Below are positions 36,701-49,500 of a DNA stretch of 64,000 nucleotides, piece after piece. Numbering within the stretch: position 1 is the stretch's first letter; each line of letters starts with the position of its first letter. A program made the position numbers and the translations under genes. The notes below the pieces were generated by a model. The model was not told the origin of the DNA. It did no database searches and saw only the letters and a program-made list of their open reading frames with translations. The stretch is from NCBI GenBank assembly GCA_043228905.1, contig JBHGNT010000014.1, positions 3,906,001-3,970,000 of the forward strand, given 5' to 3'. Origin of the DNA: Azolla caroliniana. Its lineage: Eukaryota; Plantae; Polypodiophyta.

Positions 36701-39107
36701 CACTCGAGGATCCGGCCGAAGACGGTGAAGAAACAGAACCGACCGAAGAAGATGAAAATGATACCGGAACCGGCCCCGATCCCGAAATGGATTCGGATGA
36801 AGAAGAAGAATCGGAAGAACCGGTTACCGAAGCTCCGGAACGGAGATATCCTCTAAGAGAGAGAAGGGCCCCCCGGAGATTTCCGGAACCAGAGCATGTG
36901 CTGCTAACCGACGAGGGGGAGCCGGAGAGCTTTGAAGAAGCAAAGCATGACACCCAGAGCCGCAGGTGGTTGAGTGCCATGCAGGACGAGATGGATTCCC
37001 TGCATGAGAACCACACATATGAACTTGTGGAGTTGCCGAAAGGAAAACGGGCACTCCGTAACAAGTGGGTGTTCAAGCTGAAACCGGGAGATGCCGGAAA
37101 CCCCCCGAGATACAAAGCCAGGATCGTGGTGAAGGGGTTTCAGCAGAAGAAGGGCGTCGACTTCGACGAGATATTTGCCCCGGTAGTGAAGATGACCTCC
37201 ATCCGGACGGTGCTGAGCATAGCGGCAAGCATGGACCTCGAGGTAGAACAGATGGACGTGAAGACGGCATTCCTTCACGGCGACCTCGATGAAGAGATCT
37301 ACATGCAGCAACCGGAAGGATTCGAGAAGGAAGGGAAGGAGCACCTGGTATGCCGGTTGAAGAAGAGCCTTTACGGACTGAAGCAGGCTCCCCGGCAATG
37401 GTACCGGAAGTTCGACTCCTTCATGACCGACGAAGGGTACCTCAAAACGCAGTCCGACCACTGCGTGTTTGTGAAGGAGTTCGAAGGAGGAGACTCTCTA
37501 ATACTCCTCCTGTACGTGGACGACATGTTGATCGTCGGACGGGACCAGGTCAAGATACGGATGCTGAAGAAGGCTCTTCACCGAACCTTCTCAATGAAGG
37601 ACCTGGGTCCGGCGAGGCAAATACTAGGGATGCACATCATCCGGGACCGGAAGAAGAAGCAGTTGTGGCTGTCACAGGAGAAGTACGTGACGAAGGTGCT
37701 TCACCGGTTCAACATGTCGGAAGCAAGACCGGTCGGATCGACCCTCCCGGCAAACTGCAAGCTGTCCAGCAAGCAAAGTCCCAAGACAAAGGCTGAGAAG
37801 GAGGATATGATGAAAGTGCCGTATGCCTCAGCCGTCGGGAGCTTGATGTACGCCATGGTGTGTACGAGACCGGACATCGGATATGCAGTCGGAGTGGTGA
37901 GCCGGTACATGAGCAATCCCGGCAAAGAGCATTGGAACGCGGTCAAGTGGATACTCCGATACCTGAAGGGCACGGCAAACGTGTGCCTCCGATTCGGCTC
38001 CGGTAAACCCGAACTCGACGGTTTCACCGATTCGGATATGTCGGCTGATGCAGATACCAGCCGGTCCACATCAGGGTATGTGATGACGTATGCAGGGGGA
38101 GCTGTTTCGTGGCAGTCGAGGCTGCAGAAGACGGTTGCGTTGTCAACCACGGAGGCGGAGTACATGGCAGCTGTTGAAGCCGGCAAGGAAATAATATGGA
38201 TGAAGGACTTCATTAGAGAGCTCGGTATCCGGCAAGAGGAGTACCGACTCTACTGCGACAGTCAGAGTGCCATCCACCTTGCGAAGAACGCAGCCTATCA
38301 CTCCCGGACGAAACACATCCAGCGTAGATACCACTGGATCCGGGAAAGGATAGAAGACAAGGAGTTCGTGCTGACGAAGATCCACACCGACGAGAACGGG
38401 TCGGATATGCTGACCAAGGTGCTCACACCCGACAAGCTGGAAGCATGCCGGAAGAGGATCGGATTGGAAAGACATCCCATGCCGAAGTGAAGGGGGAGTT
38501 TGTTGGGATTTCGGTCCCTTTCGGATGGGATGGTTGGATATCGGAGATGAATGCCGACAAGCCCGGTTTCGGTTTCGGATCCGGATGACGAAGACCCCGG
38601 CTTCGGTGCCGGATGACGAATGTACCCGGAGAGCGATCCGGATGCAGGGACATATCCGTGAATATGTTCGCTACGAGCCCCCTGAGGCTACAGTTGTAAA
38701 TAGCCCAAAGTCATATAAGTATAAATATGACTTAGGGCAAACAGTTTTGTAGTTGCTTCTCATTTTTCTGTTTTTCCATTTTAGAGGAGTGAAGAGAGAG
38801 CAGCCGTGAGAGAGCGCGAGAGAGAAAGAGGTAGACGCCTCTGTGTATTTCCGCCGCCTGTGGCGAGGACAGCGAGCTCAAGGTCGTCGCCTTGGAGCTC
38901 GTCATTGTATACTTCTCTGTATAGTGTTGTTTGGAGTCTTGTACTCCCGTGGTTTTTTCCCCGCTTAGGGTTTTCCACGTTAATCCTTGTGTACTCGCGT
39001 TTCTTCGTTTTGTTTCTACGTGTGTTTCCTATTTTCTGCTCCATTGATCCGCGATTAATCGGTTGTGGCCGAGATAAGAAGGTGGATAGAAGGCACTATT
39101 ACTTACA
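33778..39107 (+). mobile_element. Intact Tnt1-like Ty1/copia retrotransposon with 607-bp LTRs (33778-34384, 38501-39107)
   Basis: TSD GAGTT, PBS TGGTATCAGAGC at 34388, PPT before 38501, LTRs identical by eye, single open ORF. Confidence 0.98.
34414..38490 (+). CDS. Copia Gag-Pol polyprotein (about 1358 aa)
   Basis: CFHCGKPGHFRKNC, WVVDSGASFH, HTDVC, DNGGEY, NGLAERMN, YVDD and SDMLTK. The first ATG after the PBS is at 34414. Confidence 0.97.
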   Translation: MEGGGSGQPGMMVLNAQNYADWKIKMEDLLIVRDLYEPIDRSEIPKGVLESEWKLLNRKAVATIRQYVDVSVLQHVANDTNAYEMWKKLSGLYERKNALNRTSLMRKIVNLKYRDGESMVEHVSTFMGFVNQLAAIKFPLEDAMQAIILMCTLPESWENLVVTLSTSCTEDNLSLQTVKTSILNEEARRRDKEPASDPKMLFTESDRGRQWNRSPQRREKSGTRSQSRGRPTCFHCGKPGHFRKNCRHYRKDNGADDTDSKKSPERNGAYRGATDRRGSDRRGQDRKGTTALAASEEEIMLITEEGELNVAGDETTWVVDSGASFHLTPERRYFSSYTAGEHGCVRMGNEGTCRIAGIGDVWLTTPTGCKMLLKDVRHVLEVRLNLISAGRLDDEGYTGSIRNGVMKFSKGSLIVVRARKVNTLYLMNARLCPEELNVAADTAGELWHKRLCHMSEKGMKRLAEDNLIPVKHVHLEKCTDCLAGKQNRTSFHSRPPTRRSAPLELVHTDVCQVETKSHGGAQYFVTFIDDHSRKLWTAPMKTKDQVLSVFKELHARVERESGKELKAIRADNGGEYRGQFQEYCRSKGIRLEFTVPKTPELNGLAERMNRTIMERVRSMLAHAKLPKGFWAEAMSTATYVINRSPSVPLDGDTPQKVWTGKEVSYRHLKVFGCLAYVHVAKDRRGKLDPKTRPCIFLGYGDDEFGYRVWDPVDKRIFRSRDIIFMENKTLADWESEKKMKSSKSTGEDQLYGEQSRPARDRLALEDPAEDGEETEPTEEDENDTGTGPDPEMDSDEEEESEEPVTEAPERRYPLRERRAPRRFPEPEHVLLTDEGEPESFEEAKHDTQSRRWLSAMQDEMDSLHENHTYELVELPKGKRALRNKWVFKLKPGDAGNPPRYKARIVVKGFQQKKGVDFDEIFAPVVKMTSIRTVLSIAASMDLEVEQMDVKTAFLHGDLDEEIYMQQPEGFEKEGKEHLVCRLKKSLYGLKQAPRQWYRKFDSFMTDEGYLKTQSDHCVFVKEFEGGDSLILLLYVDDMLIVGRDQVKIRMLKKALHRTFSMKDLGPARQILGMHIIRDRKKKQLWLSQEKYVTKVLHRFNMSEARPVGSTLPANCKLSSKQSPKTKAEKEDMMKVPYASAVGSLMYAMVCTRPDIGYAVGVVSRYMSNPGKEHWNAVKWILRYLKGTANVCLRFGSGKPELDGFTDSDMSADADTSRSTSGYVMTYAGGAVSWQSRLQKTVALSTTEAEYMAAVEAGKEIIWMKDFIRELGIRQEEYRLYCDSQSAIHLAKNAAYHSRTKHIQRRYHWIRERIEDKEFVLTKIHTDENGSDMLTKVLTPDKLEACRKRIGLERHPMPK

Positions 39108-39316
39108 GAGTTGAGCAAAGCGACACTCAAACTCAATGAACGCATCCATGGCACTCCGGTGGGTCTTCATCGATGACACCCATTGGTCGAACTTGCACAA
39201 ACTTTGTCCCTTCGGTCTCTCGTAGCCATATGCCTCCAATAGAGCCTCCTTGAAAGTCACCCATGAATCATGAGCTTCTTGAAGCTCTTTTACCTCTTTG
39301 TACTTCGGTTCAGCCA

Positions 39317-42300
39317 TTTTGAGAGACAAGCTCAACATTTGTGCATAATATGATGCGTAACCAGTGTGTAGACTGGGTGCGTAAACTGGTACGCAGACCG
39401 GTGCGTAGGAAGGCCATATCGGTGCGTAAACCGAAAGGCCGTTAGAGAGATATTCCTCGTAAGGAATAGTTTTGGGAGTAAGAGTCAAAGCTCATTTATG
39501 AGCAGTCAAGTATTGTCAGTACTTGTGTCAGCCCGATTGTCAAGGCTTGTATAAAAGTGCTCACTGAGCACATCCTATGTACAGATTGAGTATTTTTTGA
39601 ATTAAGTTCGTTTGTTACTCTCTGTCTCTCTCGTGCGTACTGTGCAAACCTAAGCTTTCCATTAAACCTACATTTTCTGTTGTTCGGTTTCCTGTACTAC
39701 TTCCGCATGCAATTCTTTTCATGGTATCAGAGCGCGAGGGTTGAGAACCTCTGCAGCCGACATAGCATGAAAGAAAAACCAACCAAGAAGAACATGCAAA
39801 ACCGATGGATAGAGGCATGGCCAACTTGCTTCCGACGGAGAAGCTCCACAGAAACAACTACGCGTCTTGGTCTTACAAGATGCACCAGTGCCTGCTCGGA
39901 CATGGTTACTGGAGCTATGTCGATGGTGCAAATGACACAACACCCGATTCAACACACAAAGACTTCCTGATGTGGGAACAATCAGTGAGCAGTGTTGTAC
40001 TGTTTCGCGTCTTGTGTGGATGAATAATTATTAAGCTACGTTCAGGATGCAAAAACACCGAAGGGTGCGTGGGAAAATCTGAAGAAGATCTTCGCCGCGA
40101 GCACCACAACTAGGAAGCTTCAGCTTTGACAAGAGTTGAGCAACCTACGGCAACATGATTTGTCGGTGGCTGACTATACCTCGAGGATTAAGGACATCTA
40201 CGACTCCTTAGCTTCCATCGATGTGAACATCGACGAAAGCGAGATGGTCCAGGTCTGTCTCGGGGATTTGGCGTCAAAATTTGGAGCGTTCCGAACTGTT
40301 GTGTGTACACGAGAGAATACGCTGTCATTTTTCGACTTACAGTTGATGCTCCTTATAGAGGAGAACCACGCGGGACGCGGGTGCATCGACAAGCATGCAC
40401 ACCGACAACAAGATGTTGTACACGGAGGGAGAGAGGCCCCGTGGTCGTGGCAGACGAGGCGAGTCAGTACGCAATGGAAGCGGTTGACAGGATCAAGGAA
40501 GAAGGCACCGAAGTGATGCCGACAGCAATTCCGGACCCTCCGGAAACAGGGGGAGTCGAGGCGACGAGAACCGGCAAGGGAAATCCGCCGTAGAATGCTG
40601 GTACTGTGGCAAGAAAGGCTATAGGGAGAGTGAGTGCTGGAAGAAGCGCGCCGATTCGGAGAGAACCAGGTCCGGATCAGGTTCCGGACAGACTGACAAA
40701 GGAAATCGGCAATGATTGCACTATGCCGAAGGATCCGGAGAAGGCGAAAAAGGGTCAATCTTCGTGATGAGACACAAAGCAAACTCAATGAAGCAGACCA
40801 CCCCGAAATCGGACGAGGTGTGGTACGTCGAGTCCGGCATGTCAAATCACATGACGAGCCATAAGGAGTGGTTCTCGTACCTAGAAAAACCGTTGCAACC
40901 GGGAGTAGTCGCAATCGGAGACAACACTCCGCATCCGATCGCGAATGTCAGAGAAGTTCCCCTGAGCCATGTCGGGCAGAAAGGGAAACTCATGAACGTG
41001 CTACACGTTCCGACAATCACGAAGAGCTTGGTGTCGATTGGACAGATCGTCGACTAAGGGATGGAGGTCCGGTTTACGCACCTTGGGTGCTTCATTGAGG
41101 AAGAAGGCCCTGTTATTGCGCAAGGGCGCAGAGATGGGAGGATGTTCATCCTCGACTCTACTGACGGTGGCACCGCAATGTTCGCGAAGGGACAAAAAGT
41201 CAAGTCGGACATTGACTTATGGCACAAGCAGATAGGCCACGTCAACTACCAGCGGCTTCAAGACCTGCAATCGAAACTAGTGGTGTTCGTATTGCCCAAA
41301 TTTAGTGGTCGGAGGGCACAGATTTGTGAAGCCTTCCAACTTGGGAAGCAACACCGACTTCCCCTCCCCAACGAGCGTAACCGGAGCCGGAACAAGCTCG
41401 ACTTGATACACTCCAATGTGTGGGGGCCGGCACAAAACGTTAGTCTTGGCGGGAGCCGATATTTCGTCTCCTTCATCGACAACTACACGCGGCACACGTG
41501 GATCTACCTCATTGAGAAGAAGAACGAAGTCTTCGACTGATTGCAGAACCTCAAAGGGTTCGTGGAAATGGAAACAGGGAGAAGGATCAAGTGCCTGCGG
41601 TCGGATGGCGGAAAAGAATACTTTTCCAGCCAATTCAACGGTTATCTACAACAGATGGGAGTTCGGCGCGAATTCAGTTTTAGATACACGCAGGAGCAAA
41701 ACGGCATGGTCGAGAGGAAAAATCGGTCGGTTGTTGAAGCGGCACGGGCAATGCCAGAGGAGAAGAGCTTGCCCAAGTTCTACTAGGCCAAGGCGGTAAG
41801 GACAGCGGTATACATCCAGAACCGAATTCGAGAAAAGGTGTCGGCCCACGAGCTATACTTCGGAACGAAGCCGAACTTGCGACACTTACGTGTTTTTGGT
41901 AGCATTGCGTATGTGCATGTGCCGAAGGAGAAACGGAGGAAGCTGGACGCAAAGGCCGAGAAATGTATCTTGGTCGGTTACTCGGACGAGCAGAAGGGTT
42001 ATAAGTGTTACAACCCGCGCACCAAACAAGCACGCGTGAGCCGCAACGTTGTGTTTGATGAGTCCACGTCCTGGTACTTGCCCTCGACTCCGGATCTCAC
42101 CTCCAATTTGAGTTCTAACGATGAGGTCAGCGAGGCCGAGATGTCTCCGGATGAGCTTGAAATCGGGACCTGCGAAGAGAGTCCGATTTCGTTTCCGTTA
42201 AGTGGACCAAATGGATGATTGAGTCGGCTCGACCAGTTCGATGAAGAGCTGGCGAGTAGCGGAGACTTGGTCGTGCATTCCCCCTTGCAGGAAGCCAAGG

Positions 42301-45005
42301 AGACGGCTTACGCACACAGAGAAAGGGAAGAAGCAGGTGTCGGATTCCGGCACGGATAGGAACGAGTCAGACCGAAGCGAGTCTGACTCCGAGGAAAGCG
42401 GTGATGGGTCTTCAAGAGCAAAGTCTGCATCAGCCGAGAGGACCTCGACATCAACTAATGACCGATTGCGCCGATCTGCCCGCCAGAAGAACCTAGTTGT
42501 GCGGTACGGATACAACGAGTACATGGCGCATCATTATGCATACATGACCCGTGTAGCGGAAGTGCGTGAGCCGGAGAGCTACGCAGAAGTGGCTAAGGAC
42601 GCAAACTGGCGCACCACGATGGAGGAAGAGATGCACACACTGGCGGAAAACGAGACCTGGGACCTGGTTGACGCACCGAAGGGTGTGAAGCCGATCGGAT
42701 GTAGGTGGGTGTACAAGGTCAAGTACAACACCGACGGCTCGGTCAACCGATACAAGGCCCGGTTAGTGGCAAAAGGCTATGCGCAGAAACACGACATCGA
42801 CTACGATGAGACATTCGTGCCGGTCACGAAGATGAAGACCATCCGTGTTTTGCTCACGGTAGCTACGGCAAAGGGGCGGCACTTACATCAGATGGATGTA
42901 AAGAATGCGTTCCTGCAAGGTGAGCTTGAGGAACACGTGTACATGGTACAGCCCCCCGGATTTCACTCCGGAACGAACACTTCAGCAGTGTGTCGATTGA
43001 AGAAGTTCCTTTACAGACTGAAGCAAGCCCCGCGTGCCTGGAACGCGAAGATTACGCAGCAACTGCGTCGGATGGGCTTTGCAACGTCGAAATCGAACTC
43101 TTCCCTGTTCGTCCGGAAAGGTCGACTTGGTCCGGTCAGTATTTTACTATATGTTGATGACTTGGTCATCACCGGCGCCGACCTAGGTGAGATCGACCGC
43201 ATGAAGATCCAGCTTGCGGCATCATTCGACATGAAGGATTTGGGGGACCTTCATTACTTCCTCGGGATCGAAGTGATCCGCACCCCCGAAGGCATACTGA
43301 TCAGCCAACGTCATTACGCGCTGAATATGCTCTTCAAATTCGGGATGGCAGACTGTAAGTCCGTCTGGACTCCTCTGGATAGAACCGTCAAGCTTCGCCC
43401 CGAGTTCGGAAAGGTATGCGACCCGACGAGGTTCCGTCAGATAGTCAGCAACCTCATATACTTGACCATCACCCGACCCGATCTCAGTTATCCGGTCAGG
43501 ATGATCAGTCAGTTCATGGCACGACCTACCGAGGAGCACCTTTAGTGTGCGCAACGCATACTGTGGTACGTAAGTGGCACTAAGGATCGGGGACTGCTAT
43601 ATCGGACCGGTACAGCCTCGCCGTTGGTCGGCTACACCGACGCCGATTAGGCTAGCATCGCCACCGATCGCCGATCCATGTCCGGATACTCGTTCTCTCT
43701 TGGGAGCGCCGCGATCGCGTGGAGTAGTAAGAAGCAACCGACAGTTGCACTGTCGAGCACCGAAGCTGAGTACCGAGGAGCGGCTGTCGCGACATGCGAA
43801 GCCATATGGTTGAAACGGCTACTTAAGGACCTGCAAGAGGAGGTGTCCGATCCGACAACGATCTACTGCGACAACCTCAGCATCATCTAGCTTGCCAAGA
43901 ACCCCGTTTTCCATGCCTAGACTAAGCACATTGAGGTGCACTACCATTTCGTCCGTGAGCGTGTTCTCTTCGGTGAAGTTGAACTTCAGTATGTTCCGAC
44001 GGATCGGCAGCCCGCCGACATCTTCACCAAGCCTCTTGGTCTAGACAAGTTACGGCAATTCTCGGTTGTGCTTGGGCTACGTCACCTCGACGTACTGAGC
44101 TTGAGGGGGAGAGGTGTCCCGAATGACCACGAAAGGGGGAGAGAAGACTACGACGCCGAGTCGGATGATGAATTCGATTTCGGATCGGCTAAAGAAGCCG
44201 AGGGCGGACCCTTGGAAGAATCCGGAAGCAGACAGAAGGAGAGTAGTCGAAATGAAGAGCTGAAGCCAACCAAGTGTGGGAGAGATGAAGCCATCAAGGG
44301 CCAGAAGACTGAAGACAAGTTGGAGACAGCCCACTCGAACAACAACGAAAACCAATCGGAGGTAGATGAGTCAGTTCAGATGTTTGATTCGAATACGCTG
44401 AATCAACCATGGGTCAAGCGGAAGAGAAGGCGGCATAAGAGGTGCGAACACCGCAACAGCAAGGAAGCTGAGAAGGGCTGTGGGAGCAGACAAGCCGACC
44501 GGAAGGGTTGAAGCGTGCGGAGTCGAACAGGCCGAGGAACGCGAGTGAGCATGGATCTAGGACAAGCTGCAGTGTAGATCCGGCGGAGCAGGCGGAACCT
44601 CAAGTTAAGCTTGAGGGGGAGTGTTGAGAGACAAGCTCAACATTTATGCGTAATACGATGCGTAACCAGTGCGTAGACAGGGTGCGTAAACCGGTATGCA
44701 GACCGGTGCGTAAACTGAAAGGCCGTTAGAGAGATATTCCTCGTAAGGAATAGTTTTGGGAGTAAGAGTCGAAGCTCATTTATGAGCAGTCAAGTACTGT
44801 TAGTACTTGTGTCAGCCCGATTGTCAGGGCTTGTATAAAAGTGCTCACTGAGCACATCCTATGTATAGATTGAGTATTTTTTGAATTAAGTTCGTGTGTT
44901 ATTCTCTGTCTTTCCCGTGCATACTGTGCAAATCTAAGCTTTCCATTAAACCTGTGTTTTCTATTGTTCGGTTTCTTGTACTTCTTGCGCACGCAATTCT
45001 TTTCA
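39317..45005 (+). mobile_element. Full-length degenerate copia element (LTRs 39317-39721 and 44622-45005)
   Basis: TSD AGCCA, Met PBS at 39722, PPT near 44613-44621, gag-pol with multiple stops. Confidence 0.95.
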
Positions 45006-46534
45006 AGCCACCACCCGACAAAAGTATTGCAAGCTCATAGCTTCTTTTACACCTCTCGAATCCATCTCAGCATTGTAGGTGTCTAGAAAATTTTGGACTA
45101 TGCCCCCGTTGAAATAGCCGACTCCCTCGACCACGCTTTCGACGGCTTGTTGGGCCGCATCTCGTCTTTTACCTTCTCTCGAAAATTCTATCATCATCTT
45201 CGACATTCCCTTCATGAGATATTCCTCGTCCATCTTCATCCTCCCCTGCTGCTCTTCACATCGGGTTCACCAAGAGATGTCGCGAAGATGCGCATGTGGG
45301 CGTGCTTTGCTTGAATAGGACCACTCGGGTCTTGGACCAGGGAGTTATTGAGAAGAGGACGATGTGAATGTAAGATTTGGGGAAACAATCAGCACTTCAC
45401 TTGAGAAGATCGGAAATTTTTACACTCGAGAAGAAGATAAACAAGAAGAAGAAGAAGAAGAATATTATATTGATGGTGATAGTGATGATGATAATATCAC
45501 ATATTGAGCCCCCCCTTTACACAAGCCTTACGAAGGTTTTTATAGGTCTATCCAATACTTCTAACATGAACAAAACCATGGGCTTGGACCCATGGATTTT
45601 GGGCACACGGTTTTTCTTGTGGCATGCACAAAACCATGGGCTTGGAACATGGTTTTGTCCACACGGTTTTGTACGGTTGTTTTCCTATGCCTTTTGAATA
45701 TGAAAAGAAATACAAAATATTTAAAGTACTTGGTAGTAGCCCTAATGGTAAGATAAATGTCTCCCACCTTGGAGGTGCAAGGTTCAAATCTTGTTTGCAT
45801 CCCTCTATATGCACTCAAGTGCCACTAGACCTTCGGATAATTTTCATATTTATAATCGTTTGCATAATGTGCGTGGAACTACACTGTTTCACAATTTCTC
45901 CCATTGGACGTGCAACATCACGATAGTGCCAAGGTAAACGGCCGGCCTTGGCTTATGTTGCAGATTTCCGTTTTCTCGCCACCGATATTCCCTGGGATGA
46001 CCAGGCACTAATGGAGCAATTTCGTTTTGTCCTACGTAATGATGTTAAAGATTTACTCTTAACTTTCCCCGAGTAGCCAAAATCATTGACCGAAGCAATC
46101 AGTCGTGCGGTGTGATGCGATAATCGCCTCTTCGAACGACGTTCGGAACGTCAGTTCCAAATGCCACGGATAAGATCGGAACCCACCAATGCTTCAATCC
46201 TAGCAGAGCCTTTAGCAAGGGAGTCATTCAATACGCGTCTAACTAATACTCAAACTCCAAAGGAAACGACATCACTCGTCGTCGCGGACCACTATCGGAA
46301 GAAGAAAAGTAGCGACGCAAGGCAAATTGATTATGTCTTTATTGCGGTGGACCGAGGCATATTGCAGTGAATTGCCTCCATTGGCCAAAAAGGTAGGTAA
46401 TTCAAATAACCTCTAGTACTAATAGTACTAAACTCGAATCTATTCCTCTAGGTTTGTTTGATAGTCCTAATAGCCCAAGCCTTTCAAACAAATTTGAAAT
46501 CCCTAGTCAACTAGAAGAAGAGTTAAATGATTAA

Positions 46535-49500
46535 GTCCAGCCAAAGTAGGAGCTGTTTGGTTGGAGAGCCCTATATTTGTGTAGCCCATTAGTGGTTCCA
46601 TTTCCTCTAAGCAAGTTAGCAATGTGTTCTTAGCTCAAGTAATGGTTAGTACTAAACGTACTCCTCTAGTACATATCTTAGCACTCTTAGATTCCGGAGC
46701 CAACTCTTGCTTCATGGATAAGAATTTTTCCCAAGCTCATAAGATATCCTTAAAGAAACTTCCATGTCTAGCCTCTGTAGTAGTCATTGATGGTCGTCCC
46801 ATTGCTTCCGGGAATATTATAGAAGAGTCAGAACCCGTTAATATCATCCTAGATAAGTTGGCGTGTGTTGTATCTTTTAATATAATTAGTATCCTAGAAC
46901 ATCCCATTGTTTTGGGATTACCATGGTTCGAATTACATAACCCAACCATAGATTGGAGAACAAGAGAAATACGGTGTCGACAAACTCGAGGATCTACTCA
47001 TAAGACTGCAACCATTTCGCTACATCAGTTGCGTGAGGAAGGATGCAAGGAAGAAATGTTTCTCTTTGCAATATTAGTAAACCCCTCTAGTATCAATAAA
47101 GAGGACTCCACCGTTCAACTTCCAGAGAAGTATCATCATTATGCCGATGTGTTCAATAAAGTACGAGCTAATACACTTCCTCACCATCGACCATATGATT
47201 GCCCCATTGATTTACAACTGGGAAAAGAGCCACCATGGGGACCGATCTACAATTTGTCACCAATCGAGCTAGAAGTCCTTCGAGCCTATATAGAGGAGAA
47301 TTTGGCAAATGGTTTCATTCGACATTCGACATCTCCAACTGGCGCACCCATTTTCTTCATCAAGAAAAACGATGGATCACTTCATCTCGTCATAGATTAC
47401 CATGGGTTGAATAAAGTCACCATCAGGATAAGGTATCCACTTCCTCTTATATCAAGTCTTTTAGAACGGATCAATGGTACAAGGTTCTTCACAAAGATCG
47501 ACTTATGAGGAGCATATAACCTCATATGGATCTGACTAGGAGATGAATGGAAGACTGCGTTTCGCACCAGATATGGGCACTTCGAGTATACGGTCATGCC
47601 ATTTGGCCTTACTAATGCGCCAAGTCTTCTAGCACATGGCAAATGATATATTCTGAGATCTCTTGGATGAATTTTTGATCATCTATTTGGATGATCTACT
47701 GGTTTATTCGAAGACCCAAGAAGAGCATGATTCTCATGTATTGTTAGTACTAAAACGGCTTCGAGAACATGGTCTTTATGCAAAACTGGAAAAATGTAGT
47801 TTCGGGTGCAACCAGGTAGAATTTTTGGGCTATGTCATTTCCTCGGAAGGCATCTCCATGGATCCAGCTAAGGTCAAAACGGTGGTAGAGTGGGAGACTC
47901 CACGTTCATTGCGAGATGTGCAATGCTTTTTAGGCTTTGCCAATTTTTACCGCAAGTTCATACAAGATTACTCAAAGCTTGTTCTGCCTCTCACACAACT
48001 TACCAAGAAGGGAAAATCTTCTGTTTGGTCTGAAGAAGCGGACATTGCTTTTGAGAGTCTTAAGAAGGCATTTACATTAGCTCCTATTTTAGCTCATGTT
48101 GATCCAGAAAAACCATTCATCATTGAAGCAAACGTGTCGGATTTCGCCTTGGGTAGCATTCTATCTCAACAAGGCGATGATGAAAAGCTACATTTTGTGG
48201 CTTTCCATTCACGCAAGTTTGACGCTGCGGAAATCAACTATGAAATTCATGATAAGGAGCTATTAGCAATAGTGGACTCTTTTACGCAATGGAGGCATTT
48301 TCTAGAGGGATCTTCTCATCAAGTCATCGTATTCAATGACCACAAAAACCTTGCCTACTTTCAGAATGCTCGTGTGTTAAATCGACGTCAAGCTCGGTGG
48401 GCCCAATTCCTCACTCGTTTCGACTTCAAAATTACATCGTCCGGGGAAGCAACAAGGGAAGGCAGATGCATTATCACGGCATTCGTATCTAGTACCGCGT
48501 TCCAGCGAGCCAACTTTCGATAACCAAAAGCAAGTAATCTTGGGACCGGCATGATTGCAAGCAACATAGGTCTTCGGTATGCCCTTGGATTCCCACGTTA
48601 TCAATACCATACGTGAGGACTAGAAGACAGATGTTTTCGCTTAGGCAATTCTAGCACAAATTGATCCCTCTCAAGCATCTTGTTCACAATTGCAACAACA
48701 AGGTACGGACTATCGACAATTCGAATGTCATGACGGATTACTATTCTTTAAGAAACTCTTGTATGTTCCTAATGGTATTTGTCGCCTTCAAGTAGTCCAA
48801 AACTTTCATGACACATATATACAACTGGGCATTTTGGTAGTACTAAAATACTACATTTAGTACAACGATCCTTCTGGTGGCCCCATATGCGACAATTTGT
48901 TGAAGATTTTGTTTGGACTTGTGATACATGTTGCAGAGCAAAAATGCCAAGGCTTCATCCATATGGTTTATTAGAACCATTACCAATTGCAAGCAAGCCA
49001 TTACAATCCATTGCCCTAGATTTCATCACACATCTTTAGGTCTCTAAGGGATTTCATGCGATCTTAACAGTAGTAGATCGATATACGAAGATGGCCCATT
49101 TCCTGCCATGTACTAAGGAAATCTCCAATGAAGAAACCACCGAAATTGTCATGCATGAAGTATGTCGGCATCATGGCCTTCCTGATAGTATCATCAGCGA
49201 CTGTGGACCCCAGTTCGTCTCAAAGTTCTGGAAGCACCTCTTTAAAATGCTTAAGGTCCCTTGTAACCTCTCCTCCGGCTACCACCCGCAAATAGACGCC
49301 CAAGCAAAACAAACAAATCAAACGCTGGAGCAGTATCTTCGGTGCTTTTTAAGCTATCATCAAGATGACTTGGCGGATATTCTCCACTTCGCCGAATTTG
49401 CGTATAATAACTTTGTCCACTCATCGACAAAGGTGACACCATTTTATGCTTACATGGGTTGTCACCCCCGGTGGTGCGTATTTGAAACCCTAGAGTTACC

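Larger units (their letters stand above)
31288..45925 (-). mobile_element. Non-autonomous Trp-primed LTR element with gag remnants only (LTRs 45278-45925 and 31288-31929)
   Basis: PBS at 45256-45272, PPT next to 31930, gag-like ORFs 45003-45239, 39099-39316 and 33425-33754, no pol, TSD GTAT/GTGC. Confidence 0.85.

Noticed and set aside
34393-38653. Many antisense and alternate-frame ORFs over the copia pol, and similar short ORFs elsewhere
   Set aside because: These are shadows of GC-rich coding sequence, or translations of LTRs and microsatellites, with no independent motifs.
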